Shown piece by piece: positions 60,293 to 64,000 of a stretch of 64,000 bases of DNA; positions within the stretch are counted from its first letter, which is position 1, and each line of letters opens with the position of its first letter. The translations under genes were made by a program, and so were the position numbers. This DNA is from Clostridia bacterium. GTDB lineage: Bacteria > Bacillota > Clostridia > RUG12999. Under the pieces are notes generated by a model, which was given only the letters and a program-made list of their open reading frames with translations, was not told the origin of the DNA and made no database searches. The stretch covers positions 4,820 to 68,819 of the forward strand of contig JAZSKI010000008.1 of assembly GCA_045534775.1 (NCBI GenBank), given 5' to 3'.

Positions 60293-60796
60293 TTGCTGAT
60301 TTCAGAACATTCTCCAATAAGACTTTTAGAGTTTGATTGGTCGTGGAAATCAATTTATTATTGGCTTAGTACGGAGTGGTCAAGACATAAATTCGAGAAA
60401 TTTATAAGTAGCCAAAGAAATGATAGGTTAGTTGATGATACACCAAGAGGGAAGAAACCGCAGGATGCCTTAGTAAATTTTGATGGCTATGCCAATATGC
60501 AAAACCTAATAGATGCTTGGAGAAAAAGATTGTGTCGAGCAGCAACAGATGAAGCGAGAGAATTAGCCGAAGATTTCAAGGAAGAACTACATAAAACACA
60601 CCCTTTAGAATCTGATGTTCTTGTTCCAAACTGTATATATAGAGCAGGGTGTCCTGAGTTTCATTGTTGTAGTTATATAGGCAAGTTTGTAAAATGGGCA
60701 AAAGACAACAGCAAAGACATTCCTTGGTTAGATATTCAGGGAAGATACGACTTATATAATGAGTATTTTTATAGTACAAGGGAGGAAAATAATTGA
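60293..60796 (+). CDS. hypothetical protein (element)
   Basis: 167 aa. Confidence 0.3.
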   Translation: MLISEHSPIRLLEFDWSWKSIYYWLSTEWSRHKFEKFISSQRNDRLVDDTPRGKKPQDALVNFDGYANMQNLIDAWRKRLCRAATDEARELAEDFKEELHKTHPLESDVLVPNCIYRAGCPEFHCCSYIGKFVKWAKDNSKDIPWLDIQGRYDLYNEYFYSTREENN

Positions 60797-61347
60797 AAAA
60801 AGTATATGTTACTAATGGAAGTGCCGAGAATGGCAAAGATAGTTTCGCCGATTTTGTAGGCAAATATATATCTACATACAAATATTCATCAATAGACCTT
60901 GTGAAAGAAATGTTTGAGGTTGTTGGGGTAAGCAAAAAAGAAAAGACCGAAAAGAAACGTAGGTTGTGGAGCGATGGAAAAGACTTGCTAACCGAATACG
61001 ATGACATTCCATTTAAAGATGTCACATCAATTGTTACTGATTTCAAAAACAACAAGATAGAAGCCGAGGTTTTGCTTATCGATATTAGAGAGCCTGAAGA
61101 AATTGCTCGTGCCGTAGAGACATTTGGAGCAGAAACAATTCTTGTTCGTAATCCTAATGCTATAAAAATTGAGAGCAACCATGCAGACCGAGATGTTGAA
61201 AATTATGAATATGATTACATAATTGAGAACGATGGCACACTTGAACAGTTAGAAAAAGTGGCTAAATTCTTTGTAAGAGAGATAATCTGTTGGTCTGAAA
61301 TTCCCGGACATGAAAAACCGCTTGTTTTGACTTGTAGCAAGTATTAG
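60793..61347 (+). CDS. deoxynucleoside-monophosphate kinase-like P-loop protein (phage dNMP kinase family)
   Basis: N-terminal KKVYVTNGSAENGKDSFADFVGKY resembles the phage dNMP kinase N-terminus (MKLIFLSGVKRSGKDTTADF). Confidence 0.45.
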   Translation: MKKVYVTNGSAENGKDSFADFVGKYISTYKYSSIDLVKEMFEVVGVSKKEKTEKKRRLWSDGKDLLTEYDDIPFKDVTSIVTDFKNNKIEAEVLLIDIREPEEIARAVETFGAETILVRNPNAIKIESNHADRDVENYEYDYIIENDGTLEQLEKVAKFFVREIICWSEIPGHEKPLVLTCSKY

Positions 61348-61357
61348 GAGGAACAGT

Positions 61358-61798
61358 ATGAACAATACATATCAAATATACACCTGTGGCGGTATGGGTA
61401 AATTCGGCAAAGAGAATTTCGATAAAGGCAATGCTTGGAGAAGATATTGTAAACAGGCATTGGAGACCTGCGAGTGTGATTACAAGGTAAATGTCATAAA
61501 CCCTAATGATTATTTTAATTTTGTTGATGAACCACCACAGTATCAATCGCAGTTAGAGGTAATGAATCTCGATATGCATAAACTTCGCAATTCTGATTTG
61601 GTTATTGCAAACTTCAATGACATGTACTCCTTGGGAAGTATGGCTGAGTTAGCAATAGCACACGAAAGAAGAATTCCGGTTATCGGTCTTGATATAGATG
61701 AGCAAGCTCTTCATCCTTGGCAAGTCTGTATGTGTGAACGTATATTTAACAACATAGACGAAATGCTTGATTATATTCAAGACTTTTATCTAAGGTAA
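61358..61798 (+). CDS. nucleoside 2-deoxyribosyltransferase-like protein
   Basis: 146 aa. YTCGGMGKFGKENFDKGNAWRR...VINPNDYF...DLVIANFNDMYSLGSMAELAIAHERRIPVIGL matches the Rossmann-like deoxyribosyltransferase layout. Confidence 0.45.
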   Translation: MNNTYQIYTCGGMGKFGKENFDKGNAWRRYCKQALETCECDYKVNVINPNDYFNFVDEPPQYQSQLEVMNLDMHKLRNSDLVIANFNDMYSLGSMAELAIAHERRIPVIGLDIDEQALHPWQVCMCERIFNNIDEMLDYIQDFYLR

Positions 61799-61946
61799 TG
61801 GAGAATAATATTATGGAAGCAAAATTCAACTTTGATGATTTCTATAACAAGCTAACAGATGTAGAGATTGGAATTTAGGAGAATGCGAGAAATGCGAATT
61901 TGTTTCTCGCTTCACTTTTAATAAAACATAGGAGGTAAAATTTATT

Positions 61947-64000
61947 GACAACAGTAGAAAAATGGCTTGGAAATGAAAACACTCTTGGTATTGATATATG
62001 GAGAAATAAATACCAGTACGAAGATGAAACATTTGAAGAATGGCTCGATAGAGTGTCAAACGGCGACAACGATTTAAGAAAGTTAATTGAAGAAAAGAAA
62101 TTCCTTTTTGGCGGTAGAATTCTTGCAAATCGTGGACTCTATAAAAGAGGTAAAAAAATTACATATTCAAACTGTTATGTGCTTTCAGAACCTGAAGACA
62201 ACATCGAGAGTATATTTGAATGTGCTAAAAAACTTGCAAGAACATTCAGTTATGGCGGAGGATGTGGAATCGACATCTCAAAACTCAGCCCTAAAGGTGC
62301 AAAAATAAACAATGCTGCAAAAGAAACAAGTGGTGCAGTATCATTTATGGACTTATACTCAATGATAACAGGTTTGATAGGTCAAGGAGGACGCAGGGGA
62401 GCTTTAATGCTTTCGATTGACTGTTCGCATCCTGACCTTGAAGATTTTATTGGTATTAAGTCGGACTTAGAAAGAGTTACCAAGGCTAACATATCAGTTA
62501 AAATGTCAAACGAGTTTATGAATGCAGTTCAGAATAATGAAGACTACACATTAAAATTCACAAGAGTTGAAACTGGCGAGAATATTACAAAGACGGTTAA
62601 GGCAAAAGAATTATTTAAGAAACTTTGCGAAATGAATTGGGATATGGCAGAGCCGGGTATATTATTTTGGGATAATATCACTGGATATAATCTTATGAGT
62701 AACACAGAAGATTTTAGGTATGCTGGCACAAATCCGTGCGCAGAGGAACCACTTCCGCCGGGCGGGTCGTGTTTGCTCGGCAGTATTAATCTTAATGCTT
62801 TCGTAGATAAAAATAGCAAGACATTTAACTTTGACGAGTTCAAAAATGCAGTAAAAATATCTGTTAGGGCTCTTAACGATGTGCTTGACGAAGGACTGCC
62901 ACTTCATCCGTTACAGGAACAAAGAGATAGTGTAAGAGATTGGAGACAAATCGGGCTTGGCATTATGGGTATTGCAGATATGCTCATCAATATGGGTATT
63001 ACATATGGCTCTGGCGAATCAATCAAATTGTGTGATGAGATAGGGTTTGTTATGGCAAATACAGCAATAAAAACTTCTGCAAAACTTGCAAAAGAATATG
63101 GTGCGTTCCCGAAATGTAAGACTAATAATATAATCACAACAGACTATTTTATTAATAATACAGATGAAAAGACAAGAGATTTGGTTATGGAGTACGGGCT
63201 GAGAAATAGTCAGATACTTACCATAGCACCAACGGGTTCTATTTCTACAATGCTACAAATTAGCGGAGGTATTGAGCCTATATTTGCAAACTATTATACA
63301 AGAAAAACAGAATCTCTACATAATGAAACTGTTGAATATAAGGTATACACCCCAATAGTTAAAGATTATATGGACAACCATAATATGACTGACGATAAAT
63401 ACCTTCCTGAGTTTTTTATCACAGCACAAAACCTCGACTATAAAAACAGAGTTGATATGCAGTCCGTATGGCAGAAACATATTGATGCATCAATTTCATC
63501 TACAGTAAATCTTCCTCACGAAACAACTATTGAGCAGGTTGAAGAACTTTATTCTTACGCTTGGCAAAATGGATTAAAGGGTATTACGGTTTACCGAGAT
63601 GGCTGTAAACGAAGTGGTATTCTTACCACAGACAGCACAAAGACTGACGGCAAACCTTTTGAGTTATCAAGAGGTGACATTATAGAGGTCAATGATGATG
63701 TAATAGGTAAGAAACGCAAGCTTACTACAGGATGTGGTAGTCTACATTGTTCCGCTTTCTTCGACCCCGCAACAGGAGAACTTCTTGAAACATACTTTAG
63801 CAAAGGTTCAACTGGCGGATGCAACAACTTTATGATTGGACTTTCAAGAATGATTTCTCTACTTGCGAGAAGTGGAGTTAACATACATACAATCGTAGAA
63901 CAACTTAATAGTTGTGGCGTATGCCCATCGTATGCAGTAAGACACGCAACAAAGAAAGATACATCAAAAGGGTCTTGTTGTCCCGTTGCGATAGGGTATG
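61947..64000 (+). CDS. ribonucleotide reductase, class II (NrdJ-like), 5' partial (runs off window end)
   Basis: Not in the ORF track (no stop in window). TTG 61947 after AGGAGGT. Manual translation is stop-free to 64000. Active-site GTNPCAEEPLPPGGSCLLGSINL (NPC[AG]E motif), C-terminal ...GLKGITVYRDGCKRSGIL... and a Cys-rich tail. Confidence 0.6.

Larger units (their letters stand above)
52787..64000. mobile_element. phage-like intervening element inserted in sigG (left junction at 52786/52787; right end beyond the window)
   Basis: Abrupt loss of sigG homology at 52787. More than 20 small plus-strand ORFs typical of phage early/replication modules: two DNA MTases, a dNMP-kinase-like protein, a nucleoside deoxyribosyltransferase-like protein, a ribonucleotide reductase, a tRNA fragment, Cys-rich zinc-ribbon proteins. 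No recombinase in the visible part. Confidence 0.6.

Noticed and set aside
1-64000. CRISPR arrays, IS elements, rRNA genes
   Set aside because: No arrays of regularly spaced direct repeats, no transposase-like ORFs with terminal inverted repeats, and no rRNA-like conserved stretches were seen by reading the sequence.

Overview
This window is a low-GC Firmicutes (Clostridia-type) chromosomal segment, densely coding, mostly housekeeping, with one large inserted element at the end.

- **Housekeeping content, in order:** a partial AraC-family regulator; hisD-hisB plus a HAD hydrolase and an orphan Fe-S hydro-lyase beta subunit; ilvE; a UgtP-like glycosyltransferase; an SLH-domain S-layer protein behind a near-consensus promoter; the classic rimP-nusA-ylxR-L7Ae-infB-rbfA-nrnA-truB operon; a short-chain ChrA pair; a radical SAM/DUF2344 pair; rpmB; a zinc-ribbon/TM/repeat protein; a VanY-type peptidase; a uridine-kinase-like protein; tRNA-Pro(GGG); an AraC regulator; rdgB; yloV/asp23; a two-component system; rny-ymdB; a membrane pyrophosphatase; Gfo/Idh/MocA, LacI and DMT genes; a thioesterase; a methyltransferase; yajC; the SCIFF peptide plus its radical-SAM maturase; secD/secF; an RluA-family pseudouridine synthase; and an HD-domain protein.
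- **Most notable observation:** sigG (sporulation sigma-G) is cut exactly after the conserved STYAVPM motif by a phage-like element of at least 11 kb that runs off the window end. Its cargo includes two beta-class DNA methyltransferases, a dNMP-kinase-like protein, a nucleoside 2-deoxyribosyltransferase-like protein, a class II-like ribonucleotide reductase, many small Cys-rich proteins and a tRNA-derived fragment with no anticodon arm.
- **Other points:** a glycyl-radical enzyme gene interrupted by a single in-frame TGA with no adjacent activase; a roughly 1 kb ORF-free region beside tRNA-Pro that ends in a strong intrinsic terminator (candidate large ncRNA); and a 45-aa SCIFF precursor missing from the ORF track.

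All calls rest on reading the sequence and ORF translations by eye; no database searches were run.
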